A stretch of 34,647 nt of DNA, taken from Callorhinchus milii. Taxonomy: Eukaryota. The notes under the pieces were generated by a model. It worked only from the letters and a program-made list of their open reading frames with translations, was not told the origin of the DNA and ran no database searches. Both the position numbers and the translations under genes were made by a program. Shown here one piece after another: positions 1-9,130 of the stretch. The stretch spans positions 62,001 through 96,647 of the forward strand of contig NW_024704953.1 of assembly GCF_018977255.1 (NCBI RefSeq), in the 5' to 3' direction. How positions within the stretch are numbered: the stretch's first letter is position 1; the number at the start of each line of letters is the position of its first letter.

Positions 1-279
1 GGATTTAACAGCGCAAATGTGCTGCCGTGTTATCCTTCAAAGCACATAGCAACTCAACTTTACCGTCAAACTATGTGAAGAGCTTTAAGTTACACTACAA
101 ACCGAAATATATATAAGGACTATTGTTCCTTCATCTCCAAGATTTATTTTCTATGCTGGATTGTCAAAAAATCAACCTTGTGTTCTAACGTAGGTCAAGT
201 AACACACAATTCTGCCTCAAACACCATATATTTCTAAATTCCAGTTGTCCATTCAATGGCATTTCAAATCAGTGATTGT

Positions 280-555
280 AATCATTGCATTTGATGGAGT
301 GTTGTATATTTTCAACTATAATGCACAGCAGTGTGCTACAAATAATCGTAGATTGAGTAGCAAAACTTATGTTTGCCAATTATTTTCGCAGGGGTTATTA
401 CCTCAGAAAATAATACGACAGTCGACCAACAACCGCGTTCCTGCTTACTGCAAGCAAAAGAGAGACGCGAGTTTTGAGTAAAGAAACTTGTCCAACTTTT
501 CGCACTGCCTGGGATTCGAACCCAAGTCCTCTCACTTAAAACTGAGGTTCAAATC
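280..555 (-). mobile_element. Degenerate tRNA-derived SINE, present at the same position in all three units (also about 16110-16400 and 29260-29510)
   Basis: B-box GGGTTCGAATCCC on minus strand near 511-523; body similar to the other SINE copies. Ends approximate. Confidence 0.65.
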
Positions 556-1006
556 TCCACTGACATCAAAATATCACTTTAAAAAACTTTGTGAAAATGT
601 ATGTCGCATCATTTTAAGAGCTCAATCTTACCAACAAAAACATTGACTGCTATATTTTTACTACAAAGTGAACAGTCAATTCAGTTTGCAGGATATTCTA
701 TGAAGCGCTTTGAGAATTCTCAATGACGTGCTGAAACGGAAAATCAAACGCAACAATAATTCTATTTGTTATTGAGTTGTTATAACTGTTATTTTCATCA
801 TGTCTAATTTCCCACGAACATGTATCACAACCTACTACCTGTCGGTGAAAAGTATCTCAAACATTCAGTAAGAAGTGCATCACATATTTTATTTGACTTG
901 ATATGAACTCAATAAGGTGAAAGGTATGGTGGCAGTTGGGAGAGAGTTTTGTTCATTGACTGTCACTAACATTACTGTGTTGTTTCTCAGCTTTGGTTGT
1001 GATGAG

Positions 1007-1045
1007 GGTTATTGTACGAGGCTTCCTATGATGTGTATCACTGTG
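1007..1045 (-). promoter_or_regulatory. 23-RSS of supporting V-delta 1
   Basis: CACAGTG (1039-1045), 23-bp spacer, ACAATAACC (1007-1015). Confidence 0.95.
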
Positions 1046-1347
1046 GTGCAGACTGAGTGCACAGTGGTACATAGCGGAGTCTGTCAGCCGCAGGTCGGCG
1101 ATGGTTAAAACGCTGATTTTCTTGGCAGTGTCAAGAGAAGCAGAAATATGACCTCCAGAGGGGTTCCCTCCCACTCCTGAGGGTTTTGTGTGGAGCAGAT
1201 ATTTGAGTTCCTCGCCAGGGGACTGACGGTACCAGGAGACGTTGAAATCCTTTCCACAGATTCCTGAATATTGGCAATGTAAATTTATCCTCTCACCAGA
1301 AAAAGCACTTTGCTCAGGCGGTGACTGGGAAACTGTTTCACGCGATC
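1046..1347 (-). CDS. Leaderless supporting TCR-delta V segment 1 (NAR-TCR membrane-proximal V)
   Basis: Acceptor CCTGCAG| at 1348, phase 1; (R)SRETVSQSPPEQSAFSGERINLHCQYSGICGKDFNVSWYRQ...DSAMYHCALSLH; canonical C/W/C plus extra CDR1 Cys; no leader exon seen before J1; followed by 23-RSS. Confidence 0.9.
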
Positions 1348-1564
1348 CTGCAGGATGCAAATTACAGGTTACTTAGAATTATGGCATCATGGAACCTAAC
1401 CCGACCACAACCCTTTCAGGCAGTGCATTGCAGACTGTAACAACTTTTTTGCAAAAAAAAAATCCTCATTATCTCACCTCTGGACCTTTTACCACTTAAC
1501 ATCAATTTGGGTTCACTGGTTACTGAAACGCTGACCAATGAGAATATTTTATATTGATCCACTC

Positions 1565-1760
1565 TATCACATCACCTCACAAATATGAACACTTCAATCA
1601 GATCTCCACTCAACCTTCGGTCTCTAAGCAGAACACTACCAGAGACCCGAGTATCTTCATTTGAATGAAGCCTCTCGCCCTGGGCATCATTCAAGAAAAT
1701 CCCCTTCGAACCCTGTCCACGACCATAGCACTTTCCCCAACGTGTCCGTGAAAACCTTTA
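1565..1760 (-). mobile_element. Old CR1-like LINE 3' fragment (homologous copies about 17570-17730 and 30620-30830)
   Basis: Similar to the better-preserved CR1 fragment at 24620-24830 (cacaattt...ctctaagga...ccctcatccctgg); heavily diverged. Confidence 0.4.
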
Positions 1761-1894
1761 TACTAAATGTAAGAATCACTGTTCAATCAACAGTAGAAAG
1801 AGACGAGGAATGGATAAATTTAGAGTGCTGCTCTGCACCGTCCAACCTGTGGCTATTGCTGTGACACCATTGTTATGATCGCTCATCAATGCAA

Positions 1895-2128
1895 CGTTTA
1901 ATTAAGCTTTTTTTATCTTATGCTTAGCCTATGTTCATGGGAATGTTTAGCAGAGAATCAGGTGTCAGATTGTGCCGTTAAATCAGTGGGTTTACAGTTG
2001 AGGCAAATGGAAATTTCCTGCTGTAAATGGCGTTACTTTATCACCGCTGCTGGAGGAGGTTTGTCTCTGACTTGTTGCCAATATCAGTTTCTCTCTCAGT
2101 CTGTGAGCTGCTCATTGAAGCAAAGTAC
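1895..2128. promoter_or_regulatory. Conserved non-coding element in the J to supporting-V intron, copy 1
   Basis: About 230 bp, by eye roughly 80% identical to 17889-18182 and 30958-31250, with a retained E-box (1959-1964). Function inferred only. Confidence 0.45.
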
Positions 2129-2500
2129 TCTCTCTCTCTATCTATCTATCTATCGCTCTCTCTCTCTCTCTCTGTCTGTTTTTTTTGTTTGTTTGTCTCT
2201 TTCTTTCTTACTTTCTGTCATNNNNNNNNNNNNNNNNNNNNNNNNNNNNNNNNNNNNNNNNNNNNNNNNNNNNNNNNNNNNNNNNNNNNNNNNNNNNNNN
2301 NNNNNNNNNNNNNNNNNNNNNNNNNNNNNNNNNNNNNNNNNNNNNNNNNNNNNNNNNNNNNNNNNNNNNNNNNNNNNNNNNNNNNNNNNNNNNNNNNNNN
2401 NNNNNNNNNNNNNNNNNNNNNNNNNNNNNNNNNNNNNTATCTCTTCCACCCTTTCGTTCTCTCTAAATCGCTTTTCTTTCTTTCTTCTACTTTCATATCT
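2128..2500. repeat. CT/TCTA/TTTC-rich microsatellite containing an assembly gap (N 2222-2437)
   Basis: Directly visible simple repeats flanking 216 N. Confidence 0.95.
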
Positions 2501-2635
2501 TACATATTCAGAAATCGCTGCGTATCAGCAAGCTTGATATTAACTTTCTTGTAGGTTAAGAATAAAACACTCAGCATATATGGGAACAGGAAAGTGGGTT
2601 AACTTTTCACATTGAATCGGAACTGGGGGACAAAG

Positions 2636-3136
2636 AAACAACAACAACAAGATTACATTTATAGAGCGCCGTTCACGTCGTGAGGAAGTCCCAAGGCGCT
2701 GGACCAAGTTGGGTCAGGACCCGAGCGGAGGAGAAATGGTCAGGGTTAGTGGAGGGAAGGGAGGGAGCGAGGAGGGGGGAAATGGTCAGGGTGAGGCGAG
2801 GGAATGGAGGCAGCGAGGAGGGGTTAGAGAGTCGAGAGGGGAGATGAAGGTACGGTCAAAGAGAAAGGTCTTGAGACCGGCCTTGAAGGAGGAAAGGGAG
2901 GAGGCGGCGAAGGCACTGGGGATGGAGTTCCAGAGCCTCGGGGCTGAGAGGCTGAAGGCCCGACCACCGATGGTAGGGCGGTTGGGGTGGGGGATGTGGA
3001 GCAGACCGGAGCCAGAGGAACGGAGCGTACGGGCAGTTATGTCGGGGGACAGTAGGTTGGAGAAGTAGAAGGGAGCAAGGCCGTGAATGGCCTTGTAGGC
3101 GAGGATGAGGATCTTGAATTCGATCCTCTGGGGCAC
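2636..3136 (-). mobile_element. 5'-truncated L2-clade LINE (ORF2 C-terminus, 3' UTR, (TTG)n tail), unique to unit A
   Basis: Peptide QRIEFKILILAYKAIHGLAP...RTLRSS...GGRAFSLSAPRLWNSIP...FKAGLKTFLF is typical of the L2 ORF2 end; tail AAGCGCCTTGGGACTTCC...GCGCTCTATAAATG plus TTG repeats. Confidence 0.85.
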
Positions 3137-3567
3137 GGGAGAAGTTTATATCATATTACACATTGGAGCCAGTTCAGTTCGAAAGAAACCCCACTTCCCG
3201 GGAGAATTGAGGAGGATAGGGATTTTTATCATTTCCTTTGACCCAAGATATATTGCTTCAAGTAAACACCGGAATTTACAGTCAACAATTCCTCTGGGTA
3301 TATCTCTTTGGAACCAATATCCAGACAAAGTTAGTGACTTTACAAAACATTAAATAAAAGCTGGTCATTTGAGGAACAGGCTTCATATTCGGAGCTCAGT
3401 AATCCTTTCTGCAACACAGAATGTATTTTTCTTCATAATTGCTAATGTCGGTTGTAGGAAAGGCTCAGTTGTAAATAATTGGGAGCTGTCGTTCAGAATA
3501 ATACACTTTGCAAATTGACTTGAATAAAGTTTCATTTTAGTACGAAAGAAGTTTTTTTCTCACTTAC

Positions 3568-3623
3568 TTTCAGTTACAGTTAAATTGGTTCCTGATCCAT
3601 CTTCTGTGTATTCATCGCAATAC
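3568..3623 (-). CDS. NAR-TCR J segment 1 (YCDEYTEDGSGTNLTVTE)
   Basis: GSGT-x-L-TV G-strand motif like IgNAR J (DGAGT); phase-1 donor GTAAGT at 3562-3567; RSS immediately 5'. Confidence 0.9.
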
Positions 3624-3662
3624 CACAGTAACACAACTCTCATCCTACACAGTGCAAAACCT
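3624..3662 (+). promoter_or_regulatory. 23-RSS 5' of J1
   Basis: CACAGTA, 23-bp spacer, GCAAAACCT, read on plus strand facing D1. Confidence 0.8.
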
Positions 3663-3974
3663 GTTGTATCAGATCATGGTTTAATACTGTCACAAATAAA
3701 ACTAGATGTTGACAAATGGGTCAATAATTTCGATTTGTCCAACACTTTCCAATCTTCAGACTTTTTATTTGTCCATATCATGTTTCTATTCATTGTTTCC
3801 ACCCAAATACTGACGAAGATGACGGCCCAGCGAACAGCTTTCTGCAAAATTTATACAAAATGTCAGTTTGAAATAAATAATATTGAAAGCAAGCTTTCGA
3901 CATATTCAGCAGCATAAAATAGGACATTAGTTTCAGTGATCAAGTCTCATGTATTTTCATGAAAATAGCTGTGC

Positions 3975-4046
3975 GGTATTTGTGCTGATGTTTTACACTG
4001 TGACCATTCCAAACACAGCACAGTATTTAATGTCAACACAAAAACC
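3975..4046 (-). other. NAR-TCR D segment 1 (coding 4003-4018, CTGTGTTTGGAATGGT) flanked by two 12-RSS
   Basis: Plus strand: ggtatttgt-12-cactgtg [16 nt] cacagta-12-acaaaaacc. All three frames open (LCLEW / CVWNG / VFGM). Confidence 0.92.
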
Positions 4047-4361
4047 AATGGTTTGAACAACAATTGATATGTGTTCTGCAATTTAAAATCAACCAATCAA
4101 TGACATAAGGTGTAAAATTCTTTTGAATGTTGTCCCAGTAGGACTTTGTTTGCCTCAGCAATAAATTGTTATTGATACGAAATCAAGCAGAATTCTTACG
4201 ACAGAGTCGTAATAATTTTTCCTAGGTATTCACAAATAATGGTCGTCTCTTAAAGGAAGTGATATTAAACATCACCGCATGTCTCACACCAATGAGGAAT
4301 GCGCAATGAACTCATTGACAAGTTCACATTCTCTGTGTTTTAACGGCGAGTTGGTGATTGG

Positions 4362-4399
4362 CCTTTTTGTATTGCTGGAAGCCCAGATACAGCATTGTG
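4362..4399 (-). promoter_or_regulatory. RSS of NAR-V1, 22-bp spacer
   Basis: CACAATG, 22 bp, ACAAAAAGG. Confidence 0.88.
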
Positions 4400-4705
4400 A
4401 ATCTCCACCAAAGCTAAAAGCGTGCCAGCAATATCGAGCCTTACAGTAATAGTCAGCGCTGTCTTCAACTTGCAAATCATTAATTTCCAGAGAAGAGGAC
4501 CACGATTCCATGTCTGTCTTGACAACAAACCGTCCTTCACGAGGGATGCGTTTCCAATCTCTTTCATTTGGAAACCGCCTATAAAACTCCATACTTTGGA
4601 ATGCGCTTTGATAACTTGCTGAGAAGACACAGTTGATGGTTAAAGACTCGCATTCTTCTTTTCTAACAGGAGACGGTGTCTGCGTTACTTTAGCGCTGAA
4701 AACAT
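4400..4705 (-). CDS. IgNAR-like V exon of NAR-TCR cassette 1, intact
   Basis: Acceptor TTTCAG|; VFS-AKVTQTPSPVRKEECESLTINCVFSASYQSAFQSMEFYRRFPNERDWKRIPREGRFVVKTDMESWSSSLEINDLQVEDSADYYCKARYCWHAFSFGGD. 61 aa between the canonical Cys versus 70-72 in the TCR Vs counted here, i.e. the C'/C'' deletion of VNAR; matches VNAR motifs QTP, ESLTINC, GR(Y/F), SL(R/E)INDL(T/Q)VEDS. Confidence 0.9.
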
Positions 4706-5092
4706 CTGAAAATTATTCACAATATTACATCAGTTTAACAGATCTTCAAATTTGACCACTTCTTTTGCAAATCCATAGCAAGCATTGGCTTGTTTTCCCT
4801 TGATATCAGCAAATATAATATAATCATGATTATGTAATATAATTATAATATTAATGAGTACATATCATTGTAATGTATAACGAAATTAAAGCAAAATAAT
4901 TGACTGCCGCGTTTCGCCCACAAAATACAAAGTTATTTCAGTACACAAACCAATGTTTGAAGCGACCTGAGACGTCCCATCCACATCTTAACGCTATACA
5001 TCAATTACGCGGATTATTTATATTGTGCAAATATAGTACTGATGACATTCACTGCTGCAGTGTAGTGCTGTGTTGTGGAAACATCCACTTAC

Positions 5093-5135
5093 ATTGTAAG
5101 AAGAGGAAGGAGAAGGAGACACAGAGGAGAGACAT
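5093..5135 (-). CDS. Leader exon of NAR-V1 (MSLLCVSFSFLFLQ)
   Basis: ATG, 43 nt hydrophobic, phase-1 donor GTAAGT; splices in frame to 4705; homologous leaders at 20505 and 33676. Confidence 0.9.
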
Positions 5136-5280
5136 TCTCTCACCGCTGGGAGTTACCGTCAGCCCCGGACACCTCAGAGTGAATGTGAGTAACACAGGGC
5201 TGTTCTGTAAGAGTGTTGGAGACTTGGTTTATTTGTGATGAACAGCGTCACATCATGGCTGGTGTCAGCGGCTTTGAGGG
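5136..5280 (-). promoter_or_regulatory. Conserved NAR-V 5' UTR/promoter block (copies 20548-20692, 33719-33860)
   Basis: Highly similar in all three cassettes; TGACG half-sites, GCTGACAC and an AT-rich AAATAAA/ATATGAA; no ATGCAAAT octamer seen. Confidence 0.55.
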
Positions 5281-5800
5281 GTGGGCGGGGGTTGGTTTGC
5301 GTGTGGAGCGGAAGAACATACATGAGGAAAGGGACTGACTCACTGTGCCCGAGAGCATTGGGCAGAGAGGGGAATTTGGTGAGAACTGTTGGACGCTCAT
5401 TCAGGTTTAAATAGACAATTGACGGGGAAGCCAACGAGAGAGAGTATAATCTGACACTGTGAGAGGAACAAAGGCTGTGTGATGTCGAGAGGGACTTCAT
5501 TGAGAATTGGGAAAGACAAATAAAGAAACTACTCACACGCCTTTGACTTGAAGTGAGTCCTGTTACAGTGACCAGCAGCTGGATGGGGAAGCCGGTCAAG
5601 GCAGCAGAGAGTGAGTGAGATATGGGAGATGATGGATGGGAAGGTGTAGGGAGAAATTGGAGTCAAGGAGTATGGCATGCGGTGGTTTTATAATTCATGG
5701 GAATAGAAGGGGTGACAAAGTGATGATGGAGGAGGAAGAGAAGGCAGCGAACATGATGGTCACTTTTCAGCGTATCGTGGGAAGACGTTTTTCACGATTT
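5280..5800 (-). mobile_element. Ancient degenerate LINE-like (possibly L2 RT) block upstream of the NAR-V promoters (homologs about 20690-20980, 33860-34360)
   Basis: Purine-rich plus strand; minus frames give weak L2 RT-like words (FLMYVLPL; nearby 6330-6520 DDS/DDT-like). Weak. Confidence 0.3.
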
Positions 5801-5869
5801 ACCGATATGGTAATGCACTGTATTATTATACAAGCAATATTATTAATTCCTGACTTGGCCTGTCTGTCT

Positions 5870-6045
5870 CTATTTCCGTGTGTCTGTGTATCTGTATGTG
5901 TGTGTGTGTGTCTGTCTGTCTGTCTGTCTCTGGCTGTCCGTCTGTGTGTGTTTCCCTCTAACTCTCCCTCTCTTTCTCTCTCTCTCTCTCCAGCTGTCTT
6001 TCTTTGAATCGTTAGTAAAGCTTCCTTGCTGCACACACACACATA
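5870..6045. repeat. (GT)n/(CTGT)n/(CT)n/(CA)n microsatellite cluster (homologs 21090-21140, 34460-34647)
   Basis: Directly visible. Confidence 0.9.
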
Positions 6046-7140
6046 CGCCTCTGTTTAATGGTAAGTGCAACCCGCTTGTTTTTCGAATGCTTCACCTCTT
6101 TCCAGCGGTAAAAATTCTCTGCCATATAATAATAATAATTGAATTATTAATCCATCACTAAATATGGGACGCCGCCTCTTATAGGCGAAACGTGCCAATG
6201 GTTTCGCCTAAAAAACAGTCTCGACGCTTTACAGTATATTTGTGAAGTGTTTGTTGGCGTCTCGTTGACGTGATGGGGCACTGTATAAAATGCAAAGATT
6301 GTTAGTTTTGTTTATTCTTTTCAGAAATATCATTGGTCTTGAGCATTGTGGTGATTTAGCGGTGTGAGGAGGAGCTAATCACTATTGGAATCAGAAGTTT
6401 GGGATTATTTTTTGACTTGAACGATGGACTGGGAGAGCAAAGCAGTTTGGGGATGTTTGTGAGGGAGAGGCGGTAGGTTGATCATGTTGGAGTCCACTGT
6501 CATCTTATAAGCCTTATAATCCTTGCATCGTATATGGATCCTTGTCACGACGCAAAGAGATTCAAAAATAGACTGAAGAGTTGATTGATATTATATTTTC
6601 GTGGAAAAATAAATCATCCAATTGTGCACAGCAGTATCCCCAAAACAATCGCAGATTGAGCGATCGAATTAATATTTTACTCATTTATTTATTTTCTTGC
6701 TTAAAAAAATCAATGCATGTGTTTTCTTTTTTAATTAAACATAGATTTAATTATCTACGAATCGAGTACAAGTGGGATCCTACGTATTTTTAGGTAAACA
6801 AAGAGACGTGTGAAGTAAGGACAATTGCCTATCATTTTTTTTCCACGTTATGTGCAGTGCTCAGCACTAATAAGGTTTCCTCCTGAAGCGAAAACTGCTG
6901 CATAAAAATGAGATGTTTGTCTTGTTATACAGCGACATCTATTGGCATTTCAGGAGAATGTCAGGAGTTGAAGTATCAAACCTAAAATCTTGGTTAGAAT
7001 TACCAGAGTGTGCATTGTGGACTGTACACCATTAATATGAATATTCAGATTAATACCCTCCACTTCAACAGCACCTTCATCAAACTCTACTTACGATATC
7101 TTTCCTCCGCGAATTCCCCCCACCATAACAGGACTTGTTA

Positions 7141-7240
7141 AATAGGTCAACTCTCAGACGAACATCTGTGCTGAGATCAAACCTTCTCTCTCCTCTTGAG
7201 TGATTTCGTTGCAGTGGTGTAGTCTGTCAATAACACGGAG
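7141..7240 (-). pseudogene. Orphan decayed RSS plus 3' flank of the pseudo-V family, V body missing
   Basis: Aligns with 15340-15437 and 28485-28579 (ggtcaact...aacatctgtgctgagat...cagtgrtgtagtctg); heptamer position reads cacggag (7234-7240). Paralog at 23870-23975. Confidence 0.55.
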
Positions 7241-7555
7241 AAATAATAATAATATTCCTTGCATTTGATACAGCGTCTGATCACATCTGCCAGAAGTCGC
7301 AAAGCGCTTCAAAGGATACGCTGCAAAATCGAGTGACACTATATGTTGTGGATGAAACGCGGCAGCCAATGGCATTCATCGAAGTCCCTCAAACTGTCGT
7401 GGATTGAAAAGTGTCATTACCCCAGAAAAAGCGATCCGCCAATCGACAAACGACCGCTTTCCTACTAACTGTGTTTTGCCCGATTGGGAATCAAACATAA
7501 ATCCAGTCGATTGCGAGGCGAGTGCTCTAACATCTAAGCTACAGGACTTCAATGG
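7241..7555 (-). mobile_element. tRNA-derived SINE
   Basis: (ATT)n tail at 7241, tail motif aagcgct, head remnant near 7490-7550. Confidence 0.7.
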
Positions 7556-7646
7556 ATTGAAATTGTCTTTGCAAGAACTTTTCGTTTATATGTAAAACAA
7601 CGAAAAAAGAGTTCTTTGGGGTAACATTGTACCTGGAGGTTAGTTG

Positions 7647-7685
7647 GGTTTGTGTACAGGGAAGTCATTGACTTGCAGCACTGTG
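7647..7685 (-). promoter_or_regulatory. 23-RSS of conventional V 'a'
   Basis: CACAGTG, 23 bp, ACACAAACC. Confidence 0.92.
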
Positions 7686-8592
7686 CATCTGATCTTAAGC
7701 CACAATAGTACGTGGCAGATTCAGTGACAATGACACTGAGAATGATTAATGTGGTTTGTTCCTGATTCTTGTCCAGATGTGAAGTGAAACGGCCTTTGGC
7801 GTAATCTGCAGTGTTGTCTACCCCATTGGTATGTCTGTAGAGAATGTATTGGGGAGCCAGACCTGGGTGATGTCTGTACCAGTACAGAGCAGCATAGGTC
7901 GAGCTGGTGGTATATGAGCAGCTCAGACTCACTGTGTCTCCCTCTTGTTTGCTCAGCCACGCTGTCTGCTGTCTGACTGAATCTCCCAGCACCACATCTG
8001 CAACCAGAGGAAAGGATCAACTTGAAACATGGCTCCATATTACTTCTGTAGTCCAGTGGACTCGCCTCGAAAGGGATGGGACTCGGGTTTTTTTCCCTGG
8101 CAGGACAGGGATTAACTTTGGGAAGTTTCCTATCTATACATACGCCTCTGTTTACCGAGCAGTAAGTAGGAACCCAGTTGTTAATCGATTGGCAAAATAA
8201 AGTGTGGTCACTCAATCCACGACTGTCTGTGGGGAAAATGCTGTGCGAATTTGGATGCCACTTTTCGCCCACTAAATACGGAATCACTATACCATCAAGT
8301 ACATACTTTTAAGTGGTTCGAGACACCTGCAAAAGGTGAAAAGACGCTATATCGAATGCAAGGAATTATAATAATATTATTATTATTATCATTATTATTA
8401 AAAATATTATGCATCCGCAACTAATAATTTGACTGCCAACCCACATCGGGAGACAAAACCAACAATGTTAAACACCTTGAGACTTCCTCCAGATGAGACA
8501 GTCTCTATATAAATATTAATCTGTATTATATGCTACACAGCCTCACCTGACAAAAAGCTCAACAGGAGAAGGTAATCCGTGAACAGTCGCAC
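7686..8592 (-). CDS. Conventional TCR alpha/delta V 'a' (leader 8547-8592, V exon 7686-7997); leader starts GTG not ATG, so ORF or possible pseudogene
   Basis: V exon DSVRQQ...SLSCSYTTSSTYAALYWYRHHPG...ESATYYCGLRSD is open; leader VRLFTDYLLLLSFLS|GTGAGG is homologous to MRLFAVCLVLGTFMS of V 'b'; in-frame TGA just upstream, no ATG. Confidence 0.82.
8043..8400 (+). mobile_element. Full-length degenerate SINE in the V 'a' leader intron
   Basis: tRNA-like head (tgtagtccagtgg), body, tail gtgaaaagacgctatatcgaatgcaagga plus (ATT)n. Confidence 0.7.
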
Positions 8593-8899
8593 TGTCGCCG
8601 TTCAGGAGGAAGCCTTTCCCACCAGAGTTTGACGTTGGAAAGTGTTTACCAAAGGTGACGAGTTTCAGCATCACATCCGTGATCCCACAGCAGTGTTTCC
8701 TTGACAAGTTTACGTGACCTTGTTGTCAGGCTAATAACTATGGGCGTTGGGCTACACTCAATTATATGTTCAGTGGCTTTATCTCCACCAAGTTGAAGAC
8801 AATATTGATGTGAATAAAGTTTTGGTGAGGAAGAATCAAAATAATCCTTGCATTATTTAGAGCTTATTTTTGACAACAATTGCAACAATAAATTACATT

Positions 8900-9130
8900 A
8901 CGCAGCGATTTTCACAAATCGCTTTACAATGAAGGCTTTTGCGCTGGATCTGCAGTTTATGATGAGAGAGGGGCGGAGAGCATGGAGAGGGGAGGAGGGA
9001 TAATCGCTTAAGACACGGTTTAAAACGGTTGTCTTGAAATGGAGGCGAGAGGACCGATAAATTTTATTGGATGCTTTAGATCCTCTTCCACCTTTAAATG
9101 CTACCAATGTCACTACCGCCCACCCTCAGC
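8900..9130 (-). mobile_element. Degenerate L2 3' fragment
   Basis: Minus frame GGRG...HFKTTVLNRVLS...PSSPL parallels the L2 end at 2786-2990. Confidence 0.35.

Noticed and set aside
2222-2437. Leader exon of supporting V1 hidden in the N gap
   Set aside because: The gap-free paralogous introns in units B and C show only microsatellite here and no leader-like exon. Not formally excluded for unit A.
1920-2554. Long ORFs spanning the microsatellite and gap (also ORFs at 5636-6161, 17995-18326, 20814-21448)
   Set aside because: Artefacts of N runs and simple repeats.
2709-3068. 119-aa plus-strand ORF
   Set aside because: Antisense shadow of the L2 fragment.
4047-4361. A second D segment between NAR-V and D (or D and J)
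   Set aside because: No heptamer/nonamer pair found by eye in any of the three cassettes; an RSS information-content scan would confirm.
3568-5135. IgNAR or IgM heavy-chain cluster
   Set aside because: The exon after each J is a leaderless V domain with its own 23-RSS, not a constant exon, and the neighbours are TCR-type Vs.
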